From: Nitrosopumilaceae archaeon | GTDB taxonomy: Archaea > Thermoproteota > Nitrososphaeria > Nitrososphaerales > Nitrosopumilaceae | Direction: 5' to 3' | Length of the DNA stretch: 32,000 nt | NCBI GenBank assembly: GCA_035631875.1 | Contig: DASQHX010000009.1 | Coordinates: forward strand, 34,691-66,690 | In this document: positions 1 to 8,425 of the stretch, piece by piece | How positions within the stretch are numbered: position 1 is the first letter of the stretch | How the letters are laid out: each line of letters starts with the position of its first letter | Notes under the pieces: model-generated | What the model saw: only the letters and a program-made list of their open reading frames with translations | Database searches by the model: none | What the model was told of the DNA's origin: nothing | Translations under genes and position numbers: made by a program

Positions 1-504
1 GATCTCAAAAGTTGTCGGTTTTTCCATCCAGATACATTGAGTAGCCAAGACATGTTCCACATCACTTGTTCCTATCCCAAATGCTAATGCACCAAAGGCG
101 CCATGTGTAGAAGTATGGCTGTCTCCACAAACAATTGTGGTGCCAGGCAATGTTATACCAAGCTCTGGACCAATAACATGTACTATTCCTTGATTCGGAC
201 TATGAATATCAAATAATTCAATTCCAAAATCTTTACAGTTTTTTTCCAATACTTGGATTTGCCTTGAAGAGATCTGATCTACAATTGGTAACGACCTGTC
301 AGTTGTTGGAACATTGTGATCCATTGTAGCAAATGTGAGGTCGGTTCTTCTTACCATTCGTTTATTCATTCTCAATCCATCAAAAGCCTGCGGCGATGTT
401 ACTTCATGAATAAGATGCCTATCTACATAAAGTAGGGAAGGTCCATTATCCTGCTCTAATACGATATGAGAATTCCAAATCTTTTCAGCTAGTGTTCTTG
501 ACAT
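1..504 (-). CDS. leuC: 3-isopropylmalate dehydratase large subunit, N-terminal 168 codons (the rest runs off the left edge)
   Basis: Absent from the ORF track because it has no stop in the window. Reverse complement from ATG 504..502 reads [45 protein letters not shown]...[34 protein letters not shown]. This is close to collinear with bacterial-type LeuC. Confidence 0.85.
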   Translation of the reverse strand, partial: MSRTLAEKIWNSHIVLEQDNGPSLLYVDRHLIHEVTSPQAFDGLRMNKRMVRRTDLTFATMDHNVPTTDRSLPIVDQISSRQIQVLEKNCKDFGIELFDIHSPNQGIVHVIGPELGITLPGTTIVCGDSHTSTHGAFGALAFGIGTSDVEHVLATQCIWMEKPTTFEI

Positions 505-561
505 TATACAGAGATTCTTTGCAGACGCAAGATATAATGGTATAAAAAATCTTGATCTTGA

Positions 562-933
562 TTAACTGAAATTTAGATTCAAACTTTGAATTTTTCTGAT
601 TATTTCATCATGATTTGCTTCAGATTCGGTAGAGAATATTAATAAACCATCGTCTAAGAAAAGTGTGATAAGTTTTACTTTTTCTTTTGAGGTAATCATC
701 CAATTTGTCTTGCCTAAAGTACTATCAAACATATTTTCCATATTTGCCTTCACCGAAGCTTGATAGTGAGCCATATTATCCAATTCCTCATTAAGCAAAG
801 GCGTTTTGTTTTCACGTCTCACAAATGAATGCAGTTTACGATTTTTTATTTTCCCTACAAATCTAATAGAATCATCTAGCTTTAAAACTTCTGTTAATTT
901 GACAGTATCTGTATTTATGTAATTTTGTGTCAA
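562..933 (-). CDS. small conserved hypothetical protein, Roadblock/LC7-like pattern; paralogue of 16215..16616
   Basis: 123-aa ORF lying between two dehydratase gene sets on the same strand. It shares LDDSIRFV / TLGK / hydrophobic strand / KI motifs with the 133-aa ORF at 16215..16616. Confidence 0.6.
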   Translation of the reverse strand: MTQNYINTDTVKLTEVLKLDDSIRFVGKIKNRKLHSFVRRENKTPLLNEELDNMAHYQASVKANMENMFDSTLGKTNWMITSKEKVKLITLFLDDGLLIFSTESEANHDEIIRKIQSLNLNFS

Positions 934-1022
934 TTACTTTATGGATAAAAAAATCCGTCATAAATAGTATTTCTTGATCTTTTGAATATAGAATAACAAA
1001 GAAAAATTTGAAATAGCATCTT

Positions 1023-1505
1023 TTATGGTTTGTAATTGAACAATCCACCTGCAGCAACAATCTTTCCAATTAATTCAGGAAAAGGCTTCATTGGATAAAT
1101 CCTGCTTTTGGTTAGATTTTTTATTTCATTTTTTGTAATGTCAATCTCCAGGGTATCACTTTGTGAAATATCCTTGTATGCATTTTCGTCAATTTCTATT
1201 GGCAGCAAAAATGCACCATCAACTGCATTTCTGTAAAATATTCTTGCAAACGACAAAGCCAGAACTGCTTTTATTCCTGAATACGAAAGTGCTATTGGAG
1301 CATGTTCTCTTGATGAACCGCACCCAAAATTGCGACCTGCAAGTATAAAATCACCTTCTTTTACTTTAGAGTGAAAGTCTTTATCCAAGCCTTCCATTGC
1401 GTGTTTTGCAAGTTCCTTATAATCATGAATCTTAAGATAAGGACCTGGAAGGATTACATCCGTATCGATGTTGTCTTTTTCATATTTTATTACAGAACCT
1501 TTCAT
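1023..1505 (-). CDS. aconitase-family dehydratase small subunit (LeuD/HacB type, archaeal short form)
   Basis: 160 aa with DTDVILPGPYL and GRNFGCGSSREHAPIAL motifs typical of isopropylmalate/homoaconitate isomerase small subunits. There is a 4-nt overlap with the upstream large subunit gene. Confidence 0.85.
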   Translation of the reverse strand: MKGSVIKYEKDNIDTDVILPGPYLKIHDYKELAKHAMEGLDKDFHSKVKEGDFILAGRNFGCGSSREHAPIALSYSGIKAVLALSFARIFYRNAVDGAFLLPIEIDENAYKDISQSDTLEIDITKNEIKNLTKSRIYPMKPFPELIGKIVAAGGLFNYKP

Positions 1506-2779
1506 TTCAAATCCCTCGGATCGGTTATCTTTCCAGTGACAGCTGATGCTGCTGCAACAAGCGGTGATGCAAGATATGTTTTTGATTCTAAATGTCCCAT
1601 TCTTCCTGGAAAATTACGATTTGTGGTACTGATGCAAACCTCGTCTTTTGCTAGGACTCCCATGTGCGCTCCACAACAAGCACCACAAGTTGGTGGACCA
1701 ATCATCACTCCAGCATCCATAAAAATTTTAAGGAGTCCTTCGTCCATTGCCTTTTTGAAGATTGAAATTGCAGCTGGCAAGATCTCGGTTCTAATTTTTA
1801 CATGTCTTCCTTTGAGAATCTTTGCTACTGCTCTTAGGTCTTCAAGCTTGGCACCAGTACAAGAACCAATGTACGCTTTGTCTAGCTCAATTGAGGACAA
1901 ATCCCGTGCTACTGAAATATTTTCTGGAGAGAATGGTTTTGCAACAGTTGGTTCAAGTTCAGATGCTTCGTATTCGTATAACTTTTCATATTGTGCGTCC
2001 TGGTCTCCATGAACTTCTTTGTATTTTGTTGCACCTCTAGTAGATAAATAATCTCTAAGTTTTTTATCTGGTTCTATGATTCCACTTTTTGCTCCCGCTT
2101 CTGTCGTCATGTTTGTTAAAGTAAGACGTTCTTCAACTGACATTTCAGAAACCCCACTACCTCCAAATTGCATTGTTTTGTATGCAGCACCATCATTACC
2201 GATATCACCAATAATTTTCAGTATGAAATCTTTTGCCATTACATGATTTGGTAATTTGCCATTTAGCTTAAAGTAAATTGTTGGAGGTATTTTGAACCAT
2301 ATCTTTCCATTTAACAAAACATAGGCAACATCTGTATGACCAAGACCTGCTGCAAATGCACCAAGTGCACCTGTAGTATTAGTATGTGAATCTCCCCCTA
2401 CATAGACTTCACCTGGTAATACCATTGCCTCTTCATGCGATAACGTATGACATATTCCGTACTGACCCATTCCATACTTGAAGTGTTTTGAAATTCCAAA
2501 CTCTTTTGTAAAATTTGTAAGAAGTACGATATTTTGAGCAGATATCTTATCAGCAGAAGGAACGAAATGATCCTCTGCAACCCAGACTTTTGATGGATCC
2601 CAGAGCTTGTCTATCTTCATACCCTGTTTTTTCAATTTTTCAAATACTGCTATCACTCCAGGTCCAGAAACATCATGAATCATTACCTTGTCTACGTTGA
2701 CAAAAACGACATCATCAGGAGCTAAACTGGTCTTTCCAGATGCTCTGGCAAGTATCTTTTCTGTTATGTTCATTCCCAT
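1502..2779 (-). CDS. aconitase-family dehydratase large subunit (archaeal LeuC/HacA type)
   Basis: 425 aa with HDVSGPG, GGDSHTNT, IGSCTGA and CGACCG Fe-S ligand regions. It appears translationally coupled to the small subunit gene. Confidence 0.9.
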   Translation of the reverse strand: MGMNITEKILARASGKTSLAPDDVVFVNVDKVMIHDVSGPGVIAVFEKLKKQGMKIDKLWDPSKVWVAEDHFVPSADKISAQNIVLLTNFTKEFGISKHFKYGMGQYGICHTLSHEEAMVLPGEVYVGGDSHTNTTGALGAFAAGLGHTDVAYVLLNGKIWFKIPPTIYFKLNGKLPNHVMAKDFILKIIGDIGNDGAAYKTMQFGGSGVSEMSVEERLTLTNMTTEAGAKSGIIEPDKKLRDYLSTRGATKYKEVHGDQDAQYEKLYEYEASELEPTVAKPFSPENISVARDLSSIELDKAYIGSCTGAKLEDLRAVAKILKGRHVKIRTEILPAAISIFKKAMDEGLLKIFMDAGVMIGPPTCGACCGAHMGVLAKDEVCISTTNRNFPGRMGHLESKTYLASPLVAAASAVTGKITDPRDLK

Positions 2780-2928
2780 TCGATTGAACTGGGCTTTTTT
2801 GAAATTAAAAGGTTTGCAGAAGAAAATGAGTTAGATTTTGTCATATACATCATGATGAATATCGCAAACGATTTAATGAAGAACTTTGTTTCTTGAAATT
2901 TAATAAGTAGTGATTTAGAGTGTGATTA

Positions 2929-4221
2929 GTGAAATTCTGGTTATTTTTGATTTTTGTATTATCTTCCTGCATAATTTTATCTGCATATTCTCAACCTAGC
3001 ATAAAAGACAATGATTTTGTAGTTCAAAAATATGTTTCAGACATTTGTTGTAGTCCAACCACAATGGGTTTTGTAGACAAAAACAATATCCTAGTGTTAG
3101 AAAAAACTTCAGGCAATGTTACTCTTATACGAGATGGCGTACAACAAGGACCAATACTTCATGAAAATGTCACAAGCATAGGAGAACAAGGAATGCTTGG
3201 AATCACTAATGTTGGAACTAAGGTATATCTTTACTTTACACAATCTTCATTCAATGGAGGACCGCCATTAGGGAAGAGGATTTATAGCTATGATTGGAAT
3301 GGAAGTGCGCTTATACATAAAACCCTTGTAAAGAATTTTCCACAGACACAAACCTACCATAATGGCGGAGCCATGACTACTGATCTGAATGGCTCTGTAT
3401 ACATTGTTCTTGGAGATGCTGGACAATATGGAAAACTGCAGAATCAGCCAATTGGTGAACCAAATGATACGGGTGTTATTTGGCGTGTTGCTCCTACTGG
3501 ACCGTATTATGCAATTGGTATTAGAAACAGTTTTGGTTTAACCGTTGATCCTGTAACTGGAAAACTTTGGGATACAGAAAACGGTCCTGACTTTGGCGAT
3601 GAGGTTAACATTGTACCACCAAACTTTAACAGCGGCTGGGATATCATCCAAGGTCCTGCAAATAAAACCACACTTTACAAGCCTAAAGGAGGGAGTGACC
3701 TTACTGGATGGGGTATTATCACGGGGTCTACAAATAAAACTACATTAGCACAACTTCCAAACTATCCAGGATATACTTATCATGATCCACAATTCACTTG
3801 GATGAAAACGGTTGCGCCAACAGGAATAGCATTTGTTAATTCTCCGCAATTTGAAAAATATAAAAACAGTGTGTTTGTCGGAGATTGTAACAATGGTAAT
3901 TTATACAGATTTCAATTAAATGATAACAGAGATGGTTTTGTTTTCAAATCACCTCAACTAGCTGATAAAGTTGTAGGCTGGGGTGACTCCATGGATGAGA
4001 TAATATTCGGTACAGGATTTGGATGCATGAGTGATGTCATTGCAGGGCCAGATGGTCTATTGTATATTGTTTCATTATCAGATGGTGCAATCTACAGGAT
4101 AATTCCTAATTCAACAACACAAAATTTTATGTCGAATAACTTTATGCAATATCTGCTTTATTTCCTAATTGTGCCTGCAGTGGTTATTGCTGCCATATAC
4201 ATAAGAAAAGACAAGAAATAA
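2929..4221 (+). CDS. secreted beta-propeller protein resembling PQQ-dependent soluble sugar (glucose/sorbosone) dehydrogenases, with a C-terminal TM anchor
   Basis: GTG start and an N-terminal signal-like hydrophobic segment. Family-like motifs are GEQGMLGI, HNGG, IRNSFGL, WDTENGPD and GPDGLLYIVSLSDGAIYRI. The C-terminus is a hydrophobic helix followed by RKDKK. It carries eight N-x-S/T sequons. Confidence 0.65.
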   Translation: MKFWLFLIFVLSSCIILSAYSQPSIKDNDFVVQKYVSDICCSPTTMGFVDKNNILVLEKTSGNVTLIRDGVQQGPILHENVTSIGEQGMLGITNVGTKVYLYFTQSSFNGGPPLGKRIYSYDWNGSALIHKTLVKNFPQTQTYHNGGAMTTDLNGSVYIVLGDAGQYGKLQNQPIGEPNDTGVIWRVAPTGPYYAIGIRNSFGLTVDPVTGKLWDTENGPDFGDEVNIVPPNFNSGWDIIQGPANKTTLYKPKGGSDLTGWGIITGSTNKTTLAQLPNYPGYTYHDPQFTWMKTVAPTGIAFVNSPQFEKYKNSVFVGDCNNGNLYRFQLNDNRDGFVFKSPQLADKVVGWGDSMDEIIFGTGFGCMSDVIAGPDGLLYIVSLSDGAIYRIIPNSTTQNFMSNNFMQYLLYFLIVPAVVIAAIYIRKDKK

Positions 4222-4272
4222 TTTAAAAATAATTCAAAATAAAGTATTTTGGTTTTATCATCATTTGTAATC

Positions 4273-4671
4273 TTAATTTTTTGAATTCCAACAAATTTTG
4301 CACATATACCCCTTTATGCCCCATTCTTTTTTTGGGCTGTAACTGATAAAACCAAGTTTGGTACCACATATACTACATAGTTTCTTTGATTCGTTGTCTG
4401 ACTTTTCCTTTTCATCAAAACAAGTTTTGCAAAGCCAGCCTTTTACATCCCATTCCTTTTTTGATTTCCACAAGCTAAATGATCCTGGTTTTGCACCACA
4501 TACAACACATTTGTTTTCATCAGTTTTTTCATAGTGTTTTTTCATTACATCCACATAACAATCGGCACATAGTGGACCTTCAACATTCCAATTACGCTTT
4601 GGTTTATGTTTATGAAAAATACCCTTGTTGCATATAGTACAAAATTCTTCTTTTTTGGCGAATAATCCCAC
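4273..4671 (-). CDS. triple tandem zinc-ribbon protein
   Basis: 132 aa with a GTG start. Three approximately 43-aa repeats each carry CxxC...(K)KEW.(V/I)KG..CxxC: CTIC..CADC, CVVC..CKTC, CSIC..CKIC. Confidence 0.65.
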   Translation of the reverse strand: MGLFAKKEEFCTICNKGIFHKHKPKRNWNVEGPLCADCYVDVMKKHYEKTDENKCVVCGAKPGSFSLWKSKKEWDVKGWLCKTCFDEKEKSDNESKKLCSICGTKLGFISYSPKKEWGIKGYMCKICWNSKN

Positions 4672-4749
4672 GATATTAAATTAATTTAGTATTACAAAAA
4701 GATAACAATCATTCTGATGATTTAGTCCTAAATTTTATTAATTATAGAT

Positions 4750-5814
4750 GTGATCTTCGTGTGTTTGAGAAAATCAATTTTACTTGGATTATCTGTATTG
4801 ATCGTAATTCCACTTTATTGTTCCGCATGGGCTACAACAGATCTCAGCACATTGGGTAGTCCATATGTTACAATTACTCCTTCATCAGGTCCACCTGGCA
4901 CAATGATTACTATTACAGTATCACATCTTCCTGATATTTCAAAGGAAACGTATCCGTATCCTGATCTTTACATCTACCTACCATTCTCAAAACCATTTGG
5001 AGCGACAGTACAGAGTCATTGTGAAGGAGAAGATTGTTTTCCAATTTATACATATGATGACGCATTGAAACAAAACTTTGAAAACAGAACTATAACATTT
5101 ACATTATTTAGTACAAATAATCCAAATCCTATCTTTCTTAATGGTTACGAAAATTCTATCTGCGATGTTATTCTAAATGGAAAGATAATACAAAGATACT
5201 CTACGTTATGTAATACAAAAGACGAACCAACAGGTACATATCAAATCAGATTTGTTTGGTTACTTGAAACTAATTTGGAACAAAGATATACTGCAAAAAC
5301 TGTCCAGTTTACTGTCACTCCTGGATCTCCATCAATTCCACCACCGGTTGCTGAGAACGGCAATATTGTAATAAAGGAATATCAGAGTGGAGTGATTAAC
5401 GGTGCAGAATTTGAAAATAAACTCAGGGCACTTGGGTGGAATGATGAACAGATAAGACAAGCATTGGCCATCATAGGAAAGCTTCCACATCAAACTGGTG
5501 GCTCTGGTCCAGATCATACGTCAAATGTTCTTCAACAAGTGAATATTTCTCAGAATAATATTGAAAAACCAAGTTCTGGGATGATTGAAAACAATACAAG
5601 GTCGTCTGAATCAACAACTGTACAAACTCATACTATCGTAAATGATGCTGAACAGAATAGCTTATCTTATACACCACAACAGATCATCTCACAACCTATA
5701 CCTTCACATAGTTCAACTTGGAATAATGTTGCAATCACAATAGCTATTGGTACAGCTGGAGTTGTTGGTAGCATAATCTTTGTTATGAAAAAGACAAGGA
5801 AAGATATTCAATAG
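4750..5814 (+). CDS. secreted/surface protein with N-terminal signal, Ser/Thr/Gln-rich linker and C-terminal TM anchor
   Basis: 354 aa with a GTG start and a hydrophobic N-terminus. An IPT/TIG-like stretch reads VTITPSSGPPGTMITITV. The C-terminus is AITIAIGTAGVVGSIIFVMKKTRK. Confidence 0.6.
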   Translation: MIFVCLRKSILLGLSVLIVIPLYCSAWATTDLSTLGSPYVTITPSSGPPGTMITITVSHLPDISKETYPYPDLYIYLPFSKPFGATVQSHCEGEDCFPIYTYDDALKQNFENRTITFTLFSTNNPNPIFLNGYENSICDVILNGKIIQRYSTLCNTKDEPTGTYQIRFVWLLETNLEQRYTAKTVQFTVTPGSPSIPPPVAENGNIVIKEYQSGVINGAEFENKLRALGWNDEQIRQALAIIGKLPHQTGGSGPDHTSNVLQQVNISQNNIEKPSSGMIENNTRSSESTTVQTHTIVNDAEQNSLSYTPQQIISQPIPSHSSTWNNVAITIAIGTAGVVGSIIFVMKKTRKDIQ

Positions 5815-5856
5815 GCATTGCAAAACGCTAAAAAGTAAAGGTGAATAAATCGCATC

Positions 5857-6627
5857 ATGTCTCTTTCTGTTTATCCTATAAAATCAGAGGTAAAAACAGA
5901 AGCCTTTGATCTCTTTGAATCCTTGATTAGTTCTTTGCAAAGAACCAAGATCATGGTGGAAAATGGAGACGTAATCATAATTTCAAGCAAGTTTGTTGCA
6001 AATTCTCAAGATAGGGTTATTGATTATGAATATGTTGTCCCATCTGAGGAATCCAGATCCCTTGGTAAAAAATTTCAAATCAATCCCAAGATTGCAGAAA
6101 TCATACTGCGAGAATCTGATACTATTTTTGGCGGCGTACCTGGATTTGTAATTACATCATCTGATAACATCATGGCCCCAAATGCAGGAATTGACAAATC
6201 AAATGCACAAAAAGGAAAGATAATTCTGTATCCCATAGATGCATATCGTGTTGCAGAACAACTGCGACGAAAAATTTTCTTAAAATATTCGATACATGTT
6301 GGTGTTATAATTATAGACAGTAGGTTAATGCCTGCAAGAGTTGGTACAGTTGGTGTTGCCATTGCATGTACAGGAATAGAACCATTATCTGACATACGGG
6401 GTCAAAAAGATCTTTTTGGAAATCCGCTTAAAGTTACATTTCAGGCAGTAGCTGATAACCTTTCATCAATAGCAAATCTCAAGATGGGTGAGGGCTCTGA
6501 TGCCATCCCATTTTGCATAATAAAAAACTCAGAGGCACAAATAACAGATAGGAAAATAAGCCAGCATGAGATGACCATCTCATATGACCAGTGTGTCTAC
6601 GTTCGTGGACTAGGAACGAAAAACTAG
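5857..6627 (+). CDS. cofE: coenzyme F420-0:L-glutamate ligase
   Basis: 256 aa carrying the CofE family motifs IIISSKFV, APNAGIDKSNA, ILYP.DAY and IIIDSRLMPARVGTVGVAIACTGI. Confidence 0.78.
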   Translation: MSLSVYPIKSEVKTEAFDLFESLISSLQRTKIMVENGDVIIISSKFVANSQDRVIDYEYVVPSEESRSLGKKFQINPKIAEIILRESDTIFGGVPGFVITSSDNIMAPNAGIDKSNAQKGKIILYPIDAYRVAEQLRRKIFLKYSIHVGVIIIDSRLMPARVGTVGVAIACTGIEPLSDIRGQKDLFGNPLKVTFQAVADNLSSIANLKMGEGSDAIPFCIIKNSEAQITDRKISQHEMTISYDQCVYVRGLGTKN

Positions 6628-6656
6628 AACAGTCATACTTTTAATAGAGGTCAGAT

Positions 6657-6663
6657 GGAGGTG
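6657..6663 (+). promoter_or_regulatory. Shine-Dalgarno-like GGAGGTG 5 nt upstream of ATG 6669
   Basis: GGAGGTG is read directly in the sequence. It is complementary to the usual archaeal 16S 3' end, which is not present in this window. Confidence 0.4.
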
Positions 6664-6668
6664 GAGCT

Positions 6669-7223
6669 ATGATGGTAGAGTTTCTGACTAAATATCCAAA
6701 GACGGTATCCCTACTTAACGGTAAGAGAGAAAAGATATCAGTAGACAAGAAGGGTGTAGAACAGCTAACTATAGTTGTCAAGAATAGTGTTGATGAGTTA
6801 TTGAAGATATTTTCACATGAAGGCTTTACCCATGTCAAATTTGAACACAAACAGCCATTGCAGATAGGACATGGTCTTTCATTAAAATTGAAAAAACCAT
6901 GGGAGATGCATGTAAGACTACTTGAGATGAAAAAGGGATTAGTTGCCATTCAGGCAGAAGTTGAGGTCTCAAGAGATTATTTGCAGCACCTGTTTTGCCA
7001 AAGAACTCCAGTCTTTTATGAAGTTGAGATGCTACTAAAAAAACACCAAATAGAATACAAGATCTGGAATGAAAGAATAAAGAAATACGTACAGACTGTT
7101 TTTGATAATTATAAAATCCAACTCAAGACGCCTAGTTTTCCAGTCTTTGCTTGGAAGCCAATGGTATTTGTAATTGGGACAATCGGATCTATTTATCTTA
7201 TAAAATACCTGCTTACAATCTAG
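6669..7223 (+). CDS. hypothetical tail-anchored membrane protein
   Basis: 184-aa ORF preceded by an SD-like motif, with a single C-terminal hydrophobic helix MVFVIGTIGSIYLIKYLLTI. I recognise no family. Confidence 0.55.
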   Translation: MMVEFLTKYPKTVSLLNGKREKISVDKKGVEQLTIVVKNSVDELLKIFSHEGFTHVKFEHKQPLQIGHGLSLKLKKPWEMHVRLLEMKKGLVAIQAEVEVSRDYLQHLFCQRTPVFYEVEMLLKKHQIEYKIWNERIKKYVQTVFDNYKIQLKTPSFPVFAWKPMVFVIGTIGSIYLIKYLLTI

Positions 7224-7257
7224 AACCTTTAATTAGATTTTTTCATTAATAAAAATA

Positions 7258-7788
7258 ATGAATTCCAAGCTTGTAGCATCACTAAAATATTATGGGATTT
7301 CACCTTGGGAACTGGAAGTACTTTATGGGTTGTTAAATGGCATGTTTAGAGTAGAAGAACATCCCATTCCCCAACAATACGAAGACTATACTACTATGTT
7401 AGATATCGCTTTTCCATTGGAATTCAATGAAGCATTTTTCAAATGGTTTGGAAATGCAAGATGGGACAAAACAAAAGGATTACTAAAAGAGCTAAAAAGA
7501 CGTAGGGGAAACGGACGGACACTGCAAACTTTCATTCGATTTGTTGGCAATCCAAACATAAATTTTGTCGTGGATTTACAGGAGAACACTTGGTTTAACA
7601 ATGCAATTGATAAAATAGATTTTGTTTTGGAGCTTCTTCCGTTCCAGCTTGATCCAAGAAAAATTCCTCAAAATATCAGTGATGTGATTTATGAATTTGA
7701 TGAGACAATAGGAAAGTGGAATGTACATACTTCAGATTCAAATGATACGACATATGTTTTTTCAAAAAATGAATGGAAACTTACTTGA
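7258..7788 (+). CDS. hypothetical protein
   Basis: 176-aa ORF with non-repetitive composition. I recognise no family. Confidence 0.5.
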   Translation: MNSKLVASLKYYGISPWELEVLYGLLNGMFRVEEHPIPQQYEDYTTMLDIAFPLEFNEAFFKWFGNARWDKTKGLLKELKRRRGNGRTLQTFIRFVGNPNINFVVDLQENTWFNNAIDKIDFVLELLPFQLDPRKIPQNISDVIYEFDETIGKWNVHTSDSNDTTYVFSKNEWKLT

Positions 7789-8215
7789 TTTCTTTTTCTA
7801 ATGGTTCTAACATAGATTGTAGTTCTTGGTATTTTTTTTCCAAAAATTCGAGGGCTTCTTCTAGTTTTTTTGATTTGCCATATTTGTAACGGATCATTTC
7901 TCTATGACGCCAAAAGTTTTTTCCTTCCCCAACTGACATTGTACTAAAATAATCTGTTCCTTTCATTGTGTCTGGAATTTTTATATTATAAGGGAAAAGA
8001 TATTCTGCCATGAACCACTCGTCTCCATCAGGATAGTCACCACCTGTATCAATATCAAAAAAAAGATGCAATAGATGTGATTGCATAAGACCTTCGTCAT
8101 GAATTGTTGGATGCTTGATGTTTGATTTTTTGAAATCAAGATTCAGAAGACTTGGCTCAAAGTAGCCCTTGATTATAGATTTTCGAAATACCTTGTTTAC
8201 TTCTGATATATTCAA
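7781..8215 (-). CDS. hypothetical protein
   Basis: 144-aa ORF with a TTG start, so the start is uncertain. It has a coiled-coil-like C-terminus and an 8-nt convergent overlap with 7258..7788. Confidence 0.45.
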   Translation of the reverse strand: MNISEVNKVFRKSIIKGYFEPSLLNLDFKKSNIKHPTIHDEGLMQSHLLHLFFDIDTGGDYPDGDEWFMAEYLFPYNIKIPDTMKGTDYFSTMSVGEGKNFWRHREMIRYKYGKSKKLEEALEFLEKKYQELQSMLEPLEKEIK

Positions 8216-8425
8216 CGATAAAATACTCTCAAACTCAACATGCTAATAACTTATTTCGTTCTTGATGCCTACTATCTCCCTTGTGTAGTGCGACTAAACA
8301 TACCTAGATTGTCTACAGTACCATTCATAATAAAATATAAAAAAATAAAAATTTACTGATGGTTTCTAGAAAAATTTTCCTGAAGTAATCAAGTCTTTGA
8401 TTTTTTTGTCCAGATTGAATAATTT

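Noticed and set aside
872-1069. 65-aa ORF bridging the spacer between 562..933 and the dehydratase small subunit gene.
   Set aside because: It overlaps both neighbours in another frame and has an implausible composition. The neighbours have better support.
1371-2012. Long ORFs antisense to strongly conserved genes: 1371..2012, 6075..6395, 6641..6949, 13313..13642, 15448..15888, 15872..16141, 16789..17121, 19997..20326, 24676..25014, 27209..27544, 30685..31326 and the other 60-110 aa track entries nested in larger genes.
   Set aside because: Each lies opposite a gene with clear family motifs. Their translations are low-complexity (S/F/I/L/C-rich) with no recognisable motif. AT-rich genomes generate such shadow ORFs by chance.
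2852-2899. Possible C/D-box sRNA: ATGATGA at 2852..2858 and ATGAAGA about 25 nt later, each followed by a 12-nt spacer.
   Set aside because: The positions where the D' and D boxes should be read ATTT and GAAA rather than CTGA, and there is no terminal stem. It more likely belongs to the divergent promoter region.
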